From positions 64,001-128,000 of the forward strand of contig JAWSUI010000003.1 in NCBI GenBank assembly GCA_033551855.1: a DNA stretch of 64,000 nt. Reading direction: 5' to 3'. Source of the DNA: Deferrisomatales bacterium. GTDB lineage: Bacteria; Desulfobacterota; Deferrisomatia; Deferrisomatales; JACRMM01. The translations under genes and the position numbers were made by a program. Shown one piece after another: positions 30,099-39,383 of this stretch. The notes beneath the pieces were generated by a model. It was not told where the DNA came from, ran no database searches, and saw nothing but the letters and a program-made list of their open reading frames with translations. Position 1 is the stretch's first letter. Every line of letters starts with the position of its first letter.

Positions 30099-32141
30099 CT
30101 AGGTGTCCTCCAGGGCCGGAAGGTCCACAATGAAACGGCTGCCCCGACCGGGGCGGGACTGCACGTCGATCCTCCCCCTGTGCTGTTCGACGATGCTGTG
30201 GGCAATGGAGAGCCCCAGGCCCGTCCCCTCGTTCTTTGTCGTGTAGAAGGGGTTGAACACCTGGGCCAGGGTCTCCTCGTCCATCCCCGAGCCGCTGTCC
30301 TCCACGGAGACCCGGGCCCACGGGTGGGGTTTTCCGCCCACCCGGTCCGTCCACACCCGGATCTCTCCCCCGGCCGGCACCGCGTCCAGCGCGTTGATCG
30401 CGAGATTCAGGAAGAGCTGCTTGAGCTTCTCCGGGTCTCCCCGCACCTTGGGGTTCCCCCGGAGGTCGCATCGGAACCGTATGCTCCTCTTGCGACACTG
30501 CTCCTCGAACGTCCGGTGCCACTCCAGGGCCTTCGCCACTCGCATTACGCGGAATTGTGGCGGCTGGGGACGGGCGAAGTCCAGGATACCGCGGATCAGG
30601 GTCTCCAGGCGGTCGATCTCCCGGTTGATGTCGTCCAGCAAGGCACGGCCGTCGCCGCTCAACCCCGGCTCCTCCCGCAGGATATCGAGGCTGATCCCCA
30701 CCCCCGTCAAGGGGTTGCGGATCTCGTGGGCAATCCCCGCGGCCAATTGCCCGAGGGACGCCAGACGCGACATGCGCTGCACCCGCTCATCCAGCCGCCG
30801 GTGCTCCGTGAAGTCCTGGAGGATCACGGTGGCCCCCCGGGGCCGGGGACCCAGCGCGAACACGCTCGCCAGCAGGCAACGGGCCTCCAGTCTCCCCTCG
30901 GGTCCGATCTCGCAGGTCTCGGACGAGTCCTCCCCGCCCAGCACGCGGTTCACCCGCTCCAGAAAAGGGGGAGACATGAGGTACCGCTCCAAGGGATTGC
31001 CCTCCGGGGCCTCCTCGATCCCCAGGAAGCTGCGGGCAGCCCCGTTCATCAGGATCACCCGGCGCTGGGAGTCGACGGCGATCACCCCGTTGGGTGTCCC
31101 GTCGAGGATCTGCTCCCGCAGGTCCCTTTCCTCTCGGATCTCCTGCAGGTAGCGACGCGCCTCGATCGCCTTCGCCGCCTGCGCGGCAAAAAGGCCTAGG
31201 AGCTCTTCGTGGTTGGGGCTGAAGGACTCCTCCCGGCTTCCCTCCACGGCCAGGACCCCCAGCACCCGCGCGTCACTCACCAGGGGAACCGCCAACTGAC
31301 TGCGCCGCGAGGCGTAGGCGGTCCCTTCGCGGCCGGCCCCCCGGTCCGAGACCCGGAGAGGCCCGCCCCCCCTCGCCACCCACCCCACGATGCCGTACCC
31401 CAGCGGCACTCGCTCCCTTCCGGGAGGCGGCGGCTCGCCGGCCCAGGCCGCGAGGGAGAGATGGCCCGGGTCAGCGCCCTCCAAGAGGTAGAGGGCTCCC
31501 CCGTCGGCTTCCGTGAGCCGCAAGGCCTCCTGCACGACCATCCGCAGGAGCCCGCCGAGCTCCGCCCCCGAGGTCATCTGGCGACTCACCCGCTGGAGGG
31601 CAAGGATCTGCTGGATCTTTCCCAGATTTCCTTCCAGGAGCTCCCGCGTGCGCAACACGAGCCCCACGTGGCCGGCCACCGTGGCGAGGACGCCCGGAGC
31701 CGCGGCCAGCATTGTCGGCCGGGCACGCACCCAACGCCCCTCCAACACCCCCAGCACACCCGACGGTGCCCGCACCGGCACGAGGACCTGGGCGGCCCCC
31801 CGGGTCCGGGCTCTACCCGCCGAAGGATAGTCCTGCTCCCGAAACGCCTCGCCCTCCGCCACCACGACAGCCTGGGCCGTATGGGCGACCCGAGCGATCT
31901 CCGGCCCGCCGGCCGCGGGGCGGTCGCAAGCCCCGGCGTGGGCGAGCACCGCCGGGGCTTCCCCGGCCTGGGCCCGATACAGGGTGGCCGAGGCACACCC
32001 CAACCCCTCCCGAAGCCGCTCCAGGATCCGGTCCAGCACTTCCCCCCGCTCACCTTCGGCCGAGGCCAGCACCGCGATGTCCCGGAGCACGGCAAGGGTC
32101 TTCCGTCCCACGGTGCCAGCGGGGGGGGAGATGGAGGGCAT
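30099..32141 (-). CDS. Cytoplasmic sensor histidine kinase (GAF-GAF-PAS-HisKA-HATPase)
   Basis: GAF-like segments (GYGIVGWVA, LAVPL..VLGVL), PAS, AHEIRNPL, NLAINA, DSGSG, GTGLGL; no TM helices evident. Confidence 0.9.
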   Translation of the reverse strand: MPSISPPAGTVGRKTLAVLRDIAVLASAEGERGEVLDRILERLREGLGCASATLYRAQAGEAPAVLAHAGACDRPAAGGPEIARVAHTAQAVVVAEGEAFREQDYPSAGRARTRGAAQVLVPVRAPSGVLGVLEGRWVRARPTMLAAAPGVLATVAGHVGLVLRTRELLEGNLGKIQQILALQRVSRQMTSGAELGGLLRMVVQEALRLTEADGGALYLLEGADPGHLSLAAWAGEPPPPGRERVPLGYGIVGWVARGGGPLRVSDRGAGREGTAYASRRSQLAVPLVSDARVLGVLAVEGSREESFSPNHEELLGLFAAQAAKAIEARRYLQEIREERDLREQILDGTPNGVIAVDSQRRVILMNGAARSFLGIEEAPEGNPLERYLMSPPFLERVNRVLGGEDSSETCEIGPEGRLEARCLLASVFALGPRPRGATVILQDFTEHRRLDERVQRMSRLASLGQLAAGIAHEIRNPLTGVGISLDILREEPGLSGDGRALLDDINREIDRLETLIRGILDFARPQPPQFRVMRVAKALEWHRTFEEQCRKRSIRFRCDLRGNPKVRGDPEKLKQLFLNLAINALDAVPAGGEIRVWTDRVGGKPHPWARVSVEDSGSGMDEETLAQVFNPFYTTKNEGTGLGLSIAHSIVEQHRGRIDVQSRPGRGSRFIVDLPALEDT

Positions 32142-32202
32142 GGGGACTCCGAAACGGGGAACTGGAGGCGTGGTGAATTTTCACTCTACCACAACGCTGC
32201 GC

Positions 32203-32229
32203 AAAAAAAGAAGGGGCCCGAAGGCCCCC
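32203..32229 (-). terminator. Intrinsic terminator with UUCG loop
   Basis: Minus strand GGGGCCTTCGGGCCCCTTCTTTTTTT. Confidence 0.75.
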
Positions 32230-32330
32230 GAGGGAGGAGCGTCTTGTGCTGTTCGTGCCGACGGCGCGGCGGTCACCCCTCTGACGAGGGTCCCTTCCGC
32301 CTCGGCCGATGGCCGTCAGGAACCGACCAT
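32203..32330 (-). ncRNA. Candidate small regulatory RNA (~128 nt)
   Basis: Own promoter TTGAGC-17-TATCTT (32337-32365), terminator GGGGCC-TTCG-GGCCCC plus T7, pairable CTGACG/CGTCAG and GGTC/GACC, no credible ORF. Confidence 0.55.
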
Positions 32331-32336
32331 GGACTG

Positions 32337-32384
32337 AAGATACACCTGCTTCCCTCCTCGCTCAAGAACAAAACGTCGTTCGTT
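32337..32384 (-). promoter_or_regulatory. Sigma70-type promoter with adjacent pseudo-palindromic operator
   Basis: TTGAGC-17 nt-TATCTT; ACAAAAC-GTC-GTTCGTT at 32368-32384. Confidence 0.55.
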
Positions 32385-32486
32385 CAAAAAAAGAACCGCG
32401 GCCCCAGACCCGTCGCGGACAATCGCCTGCGGGCCAGATTCCCGAACGACATTTGGCAAACCTCGTTCGCTCCGCGAGTCCTGCGA

Positions 32487-32519
32487 CAAAAATACCCCGA
32501 GACTTCAGCGGTCTCGGGG
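32487..32519 (-). terminator. Terminator of the TRAP-USP operon
   Basis: 9-bp stem CCCCGAGAC/GTCTCGGGG followed by TATTTTTG on the minus strand. Confidence 0.6.
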
Positions 32520-32552
32520 ACGTCTCCACTCGGCGCGCCCATCGGCGGGGGG

Positions 32553-32597
32553 ATGGGACCTATAGGACCTCTAGGTCCTATGGGTCCCATGGGTCCC
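32553..32597. repeat. Five tandem 9-bp units forming a long palindrome
   Basis: ATGGGACCT ATAGGACCT CTAGGTCCT ATGGGTCCC ATGGGTCCC; 18-bp arms with one mismatch (32553-32590). Confidence 0.8.
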
Positions 32598-32678
32598 GGA
32601 GGACACCCCCTTTCACCCCATGGCCCGCACCGGTGACCACGCAGCCCCGCCCCGCCGGGAAGTCTCGCGGGCGAGCCC

Positions 32679-33566
32679 TCAAGGGACCACCAGAACGTGA
32701 CCGGGGCAGTGATGGAGCACGAAGTGACAGACGCTGCCGAAGAGAACCTCCTCGAGCTCCCCCGTGCCCCGCCGACCCACCAGCAGGATCTCAAACCCAT
32801 CCTCCCGGTACACCCGGCAGATGGTCCTCCCGGTGGTACCCTCCTCCACACGGGTAGCGACCTCGAAACCCAGCTTCGAAAGGCGGTCGGCCGCCGGAGC
32901 CAGGTGCCCTTCGGCCTCCCGGTGCATCGAGCGCAGAGCTTCGTACCTCGCTTCGGCGGGTAGGTGCTCGAGTCCGGGACGCTCCGGGTTTACGACCGTG
33001 AGCAGGGTCACCTGGAGGCCGTCGTGCGCCTCTACCAGTGAAGCCAGGAAGTCCAGGCACCTCTCGCTCGCAGTGGAGCCGTCCACCCCAACCAGGACGC
33101 GCACCGGCGACCGGTCCGCAGGACGCTGCGGCCCGTCCCTCTGGACCACCAGTACCGGCACCTCGCTGTGGTGCACCACGTGACTCGAAACCGACCCGAA
33201 GAGCAGATCCTGCAGGTCACCGTGGCCGCGGCGCCCCAGGATGACGAGGTCCATGCGCTCTCGCCGGGCGAAGTCGCAGATCGCCGGCCCGGGGACGCCC
33301 ACCAGGAGGCGCGAGTCCGAGCCCATCCCCTCCCGCGCGAAGAGCCCCGCCTCCTTCTGGAGCAGCTCCTCGGCGGCCCGCTTGGCCCCCTGGCGGATCA
33401 TCTCCACCTGGAAATCGGGGATCATCTTGTACTCGAGCCGCCGGAGATCGAGGGAGTGGGACAGGGTGAGCTGCAGCTTCAGGGGCCGGGCGAGGCGCGC
33501 GGCCACGAGGCAGGTCTTGCGGCTGTGCTCGGAACCGTCGGTGCACACGAGGGCGCGAAGGGACAT
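32679..33566 (-). CDS. Universal stress protein, tandem USP domains
   Basis: Two repeats of LV..DGS..S, G.RG.G.L...LFGSV...V.HH. Confidence 0.92.
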   Translation of the reverse strand: MSLRALVCTDGSEHSRKTCLVAARLARPLKLQLTLSHSLDLRRLEYKMIPDFQVEMIRQGAKRAAEELLQKEAGLFAREGMGSDSRLLVGVPGPAICDFARRERMDLVILGRRGHGDLQDLLFGSVSSHVVHHSEVPVLVVQRDGPQRPADRSPVRVLVGVDGSTASERCLDFLASLVEAHDGLQVTLLTVVNPERPGLEHLPAEARYEALRSMHREAEGHLAPAADRLSKLGFEVATRVEEGTTGRTICRVYREDGFEILLVGRRGTGELEEVLFGSVCHFVLHHCPGHVLVVP

Positions 33567-33671
33567 GGCGACTCTCTCCTCCTACGGGCAGCCTCCCACA
33601 CCCGAGCCTGCGAAGTCGGGGACGGGCCGGGGACCCAAGCCCCTGCCCCCCCGAGAACCGGGTGGGCCTCC

Positions 33672-35027
33672 CTACAGTCCGCCGCTGGGGTCGAGCCCCA
33701 CCTTCGCCCCCGCCTCCACCGCGTCCGGGAAGAAGATCTTCGGCAGCCACAGGGAAAAATCCGGCCAGTAGGTGAGGACCGCGAGGACCCCCATCTGAAT
33801 CAGGATGAAGGGCATGACCGCCCGCAGCACGAACACGAGGTCGCGGCGGGCGATGGTCGACGCGATGTAGAGGCTCACCCCCACGGGGGGCGTCACGTAC
33901 CCGATGCCCAGGTTCATCGCCATCAGGATCCCGAAGTGCAGCGAGTTGATCTCGAACTTGGCCAGCAGCGGCAGAAGGATGGGCGTGATGATGATGGTGG
34001 CCGAGACGATGTCCATGAACATCCCGACCCCGAGAAGGAACAGGTTCACCACCAGGAGGAACACCCACTGGCTTGTGATGTTCGCGGTCACCGCCTGGGC
34101 GATGAACTCCGGCAGGCGCTCCACGGTGAGGAACTTGCCGAAGACGCTCGACCCGGCGACGATGATGAGCAGGGTCGAAGCGGTCACCGCCGAGGAGACG
34201 ATGATCTTCCTGGCCTGGGCCAGCGTCATGTCGCGGTGGATGAAGATCTCCACGATGAAGGCGTACATGCAGGCCACCACGGCCGCCTCGTTGGCCGTGA
34301 ACGCGCCCGAGTAGATGCCGACGAAGATGATCACCGGCAGGAGGATCGCCCAGACGCTGCGGCGGATGGCGCCGACGAACTCCGAAAAGGTGTAGGGCTT
34401 CTGCATGGTCAGGCCGCCCCGCCGGGCCACCACATAGGAGTACAGGCAGAAGCTCGCGACGATGAGCATCCCCGGGGTGTACCCCGTCATGAACAGGGCC
34501 GCCAGGGAGTCGTTCGTCACCGCCGAGTAGAGGATCATCGCCACGCTGGGGGGGATGATGATCCCCAGGATCGGGGAGGTCGTCATCACCCCGATGGCGT
34601 AGCGCTCGTCGTAGCCCTCGTGCACGAGGGCAGGGATCATGAAGCCCCCGATGGCGACCACGGTGGCCACGGTGGACCCCGAGATGGCCCCGAACAGGGC
34701 GCAGGCGAGGATGCCGGCCATCCCCAGCCCCCCCGGGAAGAAGCCCACGAGCGCCTTCGCGAAGCCGAGCAGCTTGTCGACGATCGATCCCCCGGTCATG
34801 ATGTTCCCGCACAGCACGAAGAACAGCACGGCCACCAGGGAGAAGTTGTCCATGCTCTTGTAGAACCCCTCCAAGAGCAGCATGGCCTGGATGTCGAGGG
34901 GGATCATCGCCTGGGCGAAGAACGCCAGCCCGATGATTCCCGCGAAGAAGAGGGAGAGGTAGACCGGGACCGTCAGCCCGAGAAGGCCGATGAAGATGGC
35001 CAGAACATATACGATATCCCCGTCCAT
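33672..35027 (-). CDS. dctM: TRAP transporter large permease
   Basis: FGAISGSTVA, LGIIIPPS, FTANEAA, IGYVTPPVG; multi-TM. Confidence 0.93.
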   Translation of the reverse strand: MDGDIVYVLAIFIGLLGLTVPVYLSLFFAGIIGLAFFAQAMIPLDIQAMLLLEGFYKSMDNFSLVAVLFFVLCGNIMTGGSIVDKLLGFAKALVGFFPGGLGMAGILACALFGAISGSTVATVVAIGGFMIPALVHEGYDERYAIGVMTTSPILGIIIPPSVAMILYSAVTNDSLAALFMTGYTPGMLIVASFCLYSYVVARRGGLTMQKPYTFSEFVGAIRRSVWAILLPVIIFVGIYSGAFTANEAAVVACMYAFIVEIFIHRDMTLAQARKIIVSSAVTASTLLIIVAGSSVFGKFLTVERLPEFIAQAVTANITSQWVFLLVVNLFLLGVGMFMDIVSATIIITPILLPLLAKFEINSLHFGILMAMNLGIGYVTPPVGVSLYIASTIARRDLVFVLRAVMPFILIQMGVLAVLTYWPDFSLWLPKIFFPDAVEAGAKVGLDPSGGL

Positions 35028-35068
35028 GTCGCAGTCTCCTTCCTACCGGCTCGCGCGAGGGGTTTGCG

Positions 35069-35563
35069 TTACTTGTGGATCGGCTTGCCGGTAATGTCTT
35101 CGACGACGACCTGGATCTGCCGGAGGATCATCAGGGCCCCCATGATCGGCAGCACGCTGTAGAGGATGAAGGTGGGGATCTGGAGGACGGTGGTCAACTG
35201 CCCGGTGCGGCTCTGGAGCTCCACCAGTTTGAGGCCCACGTGGATCGCGGTGGCGCCGAACACGAAGACCGCGGCATGGTTGACGAAATCCAGGGGCTTC
35301 CTGAGCCAGGGGAGGAGGTTGGGCAGGGCGTCTATGCGGATCGCGGCACGGTTGCGCACCGCGACGGCGCACCCCACGAACGTCGTGACCATGATGACCT
35401 GCCGCACGAACTCCTCGGGCCACGTCATCGTGTACACGAACAGGTAGCGCGTGGCGACGTTGACGAAGAGCGCCAGCATGGCCGAGAGGACCGTCAGGAA
35501 GAGGACCCAGTCCTCGAATAAGGACAGGACCCTGTCCGTGACGTTCAGGACGGCTCGAAACAT
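35069..35563 (-). CDS. dctQ: TRAP transporter small permease
   Basis: Four TM segments, NVATRY..WPEEFVR, IRIDAL. Confidence 0.9.
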   Translation of the reverse strand: MFRAVLNVTDRVLSLFEDWVLFLTVLSAMLALFVNVATRYLFVYTMTWPEEFVRQVIMVTTFVGCAVAVRNRAAIRIDALPNLLPWLRKPLDFVNHAAVFVFGATAIHVGLKLVELQSRTGQLTTVLQIPTFILYSVLPIMGALMILRQIQVVVEDITGKPIHK

Positions 35564-35685
35564 CTCCAACTCCTCCCAGGTCGCCGCCCGCATCCGGGCG
35601 GCAGCGCTTCCTAGCGGGCTGGTGCGGCGGGGGGGACGCAAGAGGCGGGGAGCCGGGTCCCGAACCCCGGCCCCCCGCGAGAGCG

Positions 35686-36741
35686 CTACAGGCGGTATCC
35701 GACGAGGTCCTTCACCTTCTTCAGGTAATCGGCGCCGATCCGGCCCTCCCACTCCTTGAACACGGCCTCGCCCTGGCGTTTGAGGGTCGCCGTGTCCTCA
35801 TCCGGGAGCCGCACGAAGACGATGCCCTGGTCCCGGGCCTTCTGGAGCTCGGTCTGCTCCTGCACCACGGAGTTCGCGCGGGACTTCGCCGACTCCTCCC
35901 GGACCACCTCGACGAGCGCCGTCTGGAGATCCGCCGGGAGGCTGTCGAACCAGCGCTTGTTGACCAGGTGGATGAAGAGACCCTGGGCGTAGTTGACTTC
36001 CACGAAGTGGGTAGCCACCTCGAACTTCTTCGTGAGGGAGGAGACCGTGCCGGTGTGGTCGATCGCGTCGATGACGCGGTTCTGCAGGGCCACCTGCACC
36101 TCGGGCCAGGGCATGGGCACGATGTTGAGGCCCCAGGCCCGGTAGAGACTCTGGTTGACGTCGGCCTCGGCGATGCGGAACTTCAGCGGCCGGGCGTCGG
36201 CGAGCGTCCGGATCGGCCGGGTGGAGGCCCAGCCGTAGGTGCCGTAGGCGGTGATGTCGAGGGCGGTGATCCCGTTGGCCTCACCCGACTTCAGGAAGTG
36301 ATCGAACACCTCCTTGTCGGCGATGAACTTGTCGAGCTTCTCGGGGGTGTCGATCAGGAACGGGAGGTTCACGACGCCGTAACGGGGCCCGATGCGGGGC
36401 GCCACCACGGAGGAGCACAGCATGCCCTGGATCGCGCCCATGGCGAGCTGGTTGATCACCTCCACCTCGCCGCCGAGCATGGACAGCGGGTAGTAGTCGA
36501 AGTAGAGCTGGCCGTTGGTTCGCTCCCAGAGGGCGTCCCGGATCCGGAATCCGGCCATGACCCCGTCCAGGGCGGGGGTCGACACGTTGGAGACCCGCAT
36601 CACGTACTTCGCGCCCGAGGGGTCGAAAGCGGGCCTCCACGCCTCCCGCGGATCCCGGCGTTCCTGGGAGACGCCCACGCCGACCAGCCCCGCGGCCATC
36701 GCACCCACGGTCAATACTGCCAGAAGTTTCCAGCGCTTCAT
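35686..36741 (-). CDS. dctP: TRAP transporter periplasmic binding protein
   Basis: Signal peptide MKRWKLLAVL.., LGGEVEVINQL, NLPFL, LKFRI, PMPWPEV..ALQ..VIDA. Confidence 0.88.
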   Translation of the reverse strand: MKRWKLLAVLTVGAMAAGLVGVGVSQERRDPREAWRPAFDPSGAKYVMRVSNVSTPALDGVMAGFRIRDALWERTNGQLYFDYYPLSMLGGEVEVINQLAMGAIQGMLCSSVVAPRIGPRYGVVNLPFLIDTPEKLDKFIADKEVFDHFLKSGEANGITALDITAYGTYGWASTRPIRTLADARPLKFRIAEADVNQSLYRAWGLNIVPMPWPEVQVALQNRVIDAIDHTGTVSSLTKKFEVATHFVEVNYAQGLFIHLVNKRWFDSLPADLQTALVEVVREESAKSRANSVVQEQTELQKARDQGIVFVRLPDEDTATLKRQGEAVFKEWEGRIGADYLKKVKDLVGYRL

Positions 36742-36801
36742 CTGTGACTCTCCTTTCCCGAGTTGTGGCGGTCCGCCGCCTGTGCCTGCCCCACAAACCG
36801 A

Positions 36802-36847
36802 ATAGAACGACGTTCGCAACCTACCACACGTTTGATAGGTCGTCCAA
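36802..36847 (-). promoter_or_regulatory. TRAP operon promoter with operator over the start site
   Basis: TTGGAC-18-TAGGTT with TG extension; ATAGAAC-GAC-GTTCGCA at 36802-36818. Confidence 0.5.
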
Positions 36848-36936
36848 GAAAAAACGGACGCGCCGCCGCGGCGGTGGCCCCGAGGCGTTGCGACGCCAAA
36901 CCGCGGTCCGCCTAGGGAATCCGGCAACAGGGGGGC

Positions 36937-37515
36937 TCAGCCCCCCGCCTCCCGGCCCAACCGGAACGCCGTGCGGTTGATCTCCAGGACCTTCGGGGGC
37001 ACGCTCTCCTCCACCGCCGTCTCCCACGCCTCGAGGGGAAAGTCGAGATGGCGCGAGAGGGCCCCGGCCATCACGGCGTTGGCCGCCCGGATGTCCCCCG
37101 CCTGCCGAGCGAGCTCGCTGGCCGGGACCACGAGCTTCCGGCAGGGGAACTCCCCCATGCGGGCCTCCAGGTCCTCGGGATACTCCGCGAGGCCGGCCGC
37201 CACGGTGGACGGGTTGACCCGGTAGGTGTTGTAGAGGAGCAGCCCGGAGGGGCGCACCCAGTGGGCGTTGCGCACGGCCTCCAAGGGCTCGAAACCCAGC
37301 AGGAAATCGCACTGGCCCAGGGGCACCAGCGGGGAGTAGACCTTCTCCCCGATGCGCATGTGGGAGACCACGGCCCCGCCCCGCTGGGCCATGCCGTGCA
37401 CCTCTCCCCCCTTCACGTCGAGGCCCTGGCGCAGGGCGGCCTTGGCGAGGATGGTGCTCGCCAGGAGCACTCCCTGGCCCCCCACCCCGCAGAGCAAGAA
37501 GTTGATGGTGTTCAT
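36937..37515 (-). CDS. iorB: Indolepyruvate:ferredoxin oxidoreductase beta subunit family
   Basis: GVGGQGVL, EVHGMAQRGGAVVSH, FEPLEA, AF..GR. Confidence 0.92.
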   Translation of the reverse strand: MNTINFLLCGVGGQGVLLASTILAKAALRQGLDVKGGEVHGMAQRGGAVVSHMRIGEKVYSPLVPLGQCDFLLGFEPLEAVRNAHWVRPSGLLLYNTYRVNPSTVAAGLAEYPEDLEARMGEFPCRKLVVPASELARQAGDIRAANAVMAGALSRHLDFPLEAWETAVEESVPPKVLEINRTAFRLGREAGG

Positions 37516-37527
37516 GGAATCCTCCCT

Positions 37528-39288
37528 CTATGCCTGCTGGATGGCGTCGAACTTACAGATCTGGGAACACACCGTGCAGCCCGTGCAGAAGTTGGGGTCG
37601 ATCGCCGCCTTGCGCTCGTCCCCCTGCCCCTGCATCGACAGGGCGATGCAGCTCACCTGGAGGCACTGCTTGCAGGCCGTGCACGCCTCCGGGTCCACCG
37701 TCATGGGCTTGTCCTTGACCCGGTAGTTCAAGACACAGGGGTCCTTGGTGATCACCACCGAGGGCTCGGGCTTGGCCAGCTCCTCCTTCAACACGGTTTC
37801 GACCTGCTTGAGGTCGTAGGCGTTCACCACGCGGACGTTCTCGGGCTTGAGCCCCAGGGTCAGGACGAGCTTCTCGATGTCGATCGGGGGAGACTCGACT
37901 CCCATCAGGGTCTGCCCCATCCCGGGGTTCTGCTGCCCTCCCGTCATGGCCGTGATCCGGTTGTCCTGGATCATCACCACCGAACTGCCGCCGTTCCAGA
38001 TCATGTCGATGAGGCCCGTGATCCCGGAGTGGAAGAACGTCGAGTCGCCGATCACGGCGACCGTGCGGTTGAGTGGATCGGTCGACCCCTCCATCACCTT
38101 CGAGATGCCGTGGGCCATGGGGATGGAGGCCCCCATGCACAGGCAGGCGTGCATGGCGTTGAAAGGGGGGAGCGCCCCCAGGGTGTAGCACCCGATGTCC
38201 CCCGACACGAAGACCTTGAGTTTCTTGAGCACGTGGAAGACTCCCCGGTGGGAGCACCCCGGGCACATGACGGGGGGCCGCGTCGGGAGCCCCGCGGCCT
38301 CGGCCGGCACCTCGGTCGTGACGCCGGCGAGCCTCTCCATGACGAGCCCCGGCTCGAGCTCGCCCACGATGGGGAAGAGGTCCTTGCCGTGAGACACCTC
38401 CACGCCGAGGAGCCGCACCTGCTCTTCCAGGAAGGGGTCGAGCTCCTCCACCACGACCAACCGATCGACGTGCTGGGCGAAGTCCCGAATCAGCGCCTCC
38501 GGCAGGGGGTAGGTCAGCCCCAGCTTGAGGAAGCTCGCCCCGGGAACGGCCTCCTTGGCGTAGGCGTAGGAGATCCCCGACGTGATGATGCCCAGGGAGG
38601 TGTCCCCCATCTCGACCCGGTTCAGGGGGCTGTTCACCCCGTACTCCTTGAGCTTGGCGAGCTTCTCCTCGATCACCGGGTGCTTGGGCCGCGCGAAGCC
38701 GGGGAGCATGGTGTACTTCTTCACGTCTCGAGGCAGATCCGTCGGCTTCGGCCGCTCTTCCCGGGTCCCGAGCTCCACCACCCCCTTGGAGTGGTTGATC
38801 CGGGTGGTGGTCCGGAAGAGCACCGGCGTGTCGAACTGTTCCGAGATCTCGAAGGCGGCTCTCAGGAAGGACTTGGCCTCCTGCGAGTCCGAGGGCTCGA
38901 TCATGGGGATCTTCGAGAACTTCGCGTAGTTGCGGTTATCCTGCTCGTTCTGGCTCGAGTGCAGGAACGGGTCGTCGGCGCTGACCAGCACCAACCCCCC
39001 CCGAATACCGGTGTACACGGCGGTGAAGAGGGGATCCGCCGCCACGTTGACGCCCACGTGCTTCATGCAGGCGAGGGCCCGGGCGCCGGCGATGGCCGCG
39101 CCGACGGCCACCTCGAGGGCGGTCTTCTCATTGGTGGACCACTGGCAGTAGATGTCCTTGCTGTAATCCGCCTTGATGTTCTGGAGGATCTCGGTGGAGG
39201 GCGTGCCCGGGTAGGCGGCGGCGAACGTCACCCCGGCCTCCCAAGCGCCCCTGGCGATGGCTTCGTTTCCCAACAGCACTTCCTTCAT
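37528..39288 (-). CDS. iorA: Indolepyruvate:ferredoxin oxidoreductase alpha subunit family
   Basis: LLGNEAIARG, YPGTPSTE, KHVGVNVAAD, HSSQNEQD, CPGCSH, DIGCYTL, GDSTFFHSG; C-terminal 2x4Fe-4S. Confidence 0.93.
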   Translation of the reverse strand: MKEVLLGNEAIARGAWEAGVTFAAAYPGTPSTEILQNIKADYSKDIYCQWSTNEKTALEVAVGAAIAGARALACMKHVGVNVAADPLFTAVYTGIRGGLVLVSADDPFLHSSQNEQDNRNYAKFSKIPMIEPSDSQEAKSFLRAAFEISEQFDTPVLFRTTTRINHSKGVVELGTREERPKPTDLPRDVKKYTMLPGFARPKHPVIEEKLAKLKEYGVNSPLNRVEMGDTSLGIITSGISYAYAKEAVPGASFLKLGLTYPLPEALIRDFAQHVDRLVVVEELDPFLEEQVRLLGVEVSHGKDLFPIVGELEPGLVMERLAGVTTEVPAEAAGLPTRPPVMCPGCSHRGVFHVLKKLKVFVSGDIGCYTLGALPPFNAMHACLCMGASIPMAHGISKVMEGSTDPLNRTVAVIGDSTFFHSGITGLIDMIWNGGSSVVMIQDNRITAMTGGQQNPGMGQTLMGVESPPIDIEKLVLTLGLKPENVRVVNAYDLKQVETVLKEELAKPEPSVVITKDPCVLNYRVKDKPMTVDPEACTACKQCLQVSCIALSMQGQGDERKAAIDPNFCTGCTVCSQICKFDAIQQA

Positions 39289-39383
39289 CGTGGCTCCTCG
39301 TTCTCTCGAGTGTGGGGCGGCGGAGGGGCCGCCGAGGCCCCATGCCGCCCCGGTCGTCGCCCCTGGGCCGGGGGATGCGCGAT

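Noticed and set aside
32203..32330. SRP (4.5S), 6S or tRNA identity for the sRNA candidate
   Set aside because: Lacks the SRP helix-8 CAGG..GGAA..AGCAG motif, is too short for 6S and has no cloverleaf or TTCGA arm
32553..32597. CRISPR array
   Set aside because: Units are 9 bp with no spacers and there are no cas genes
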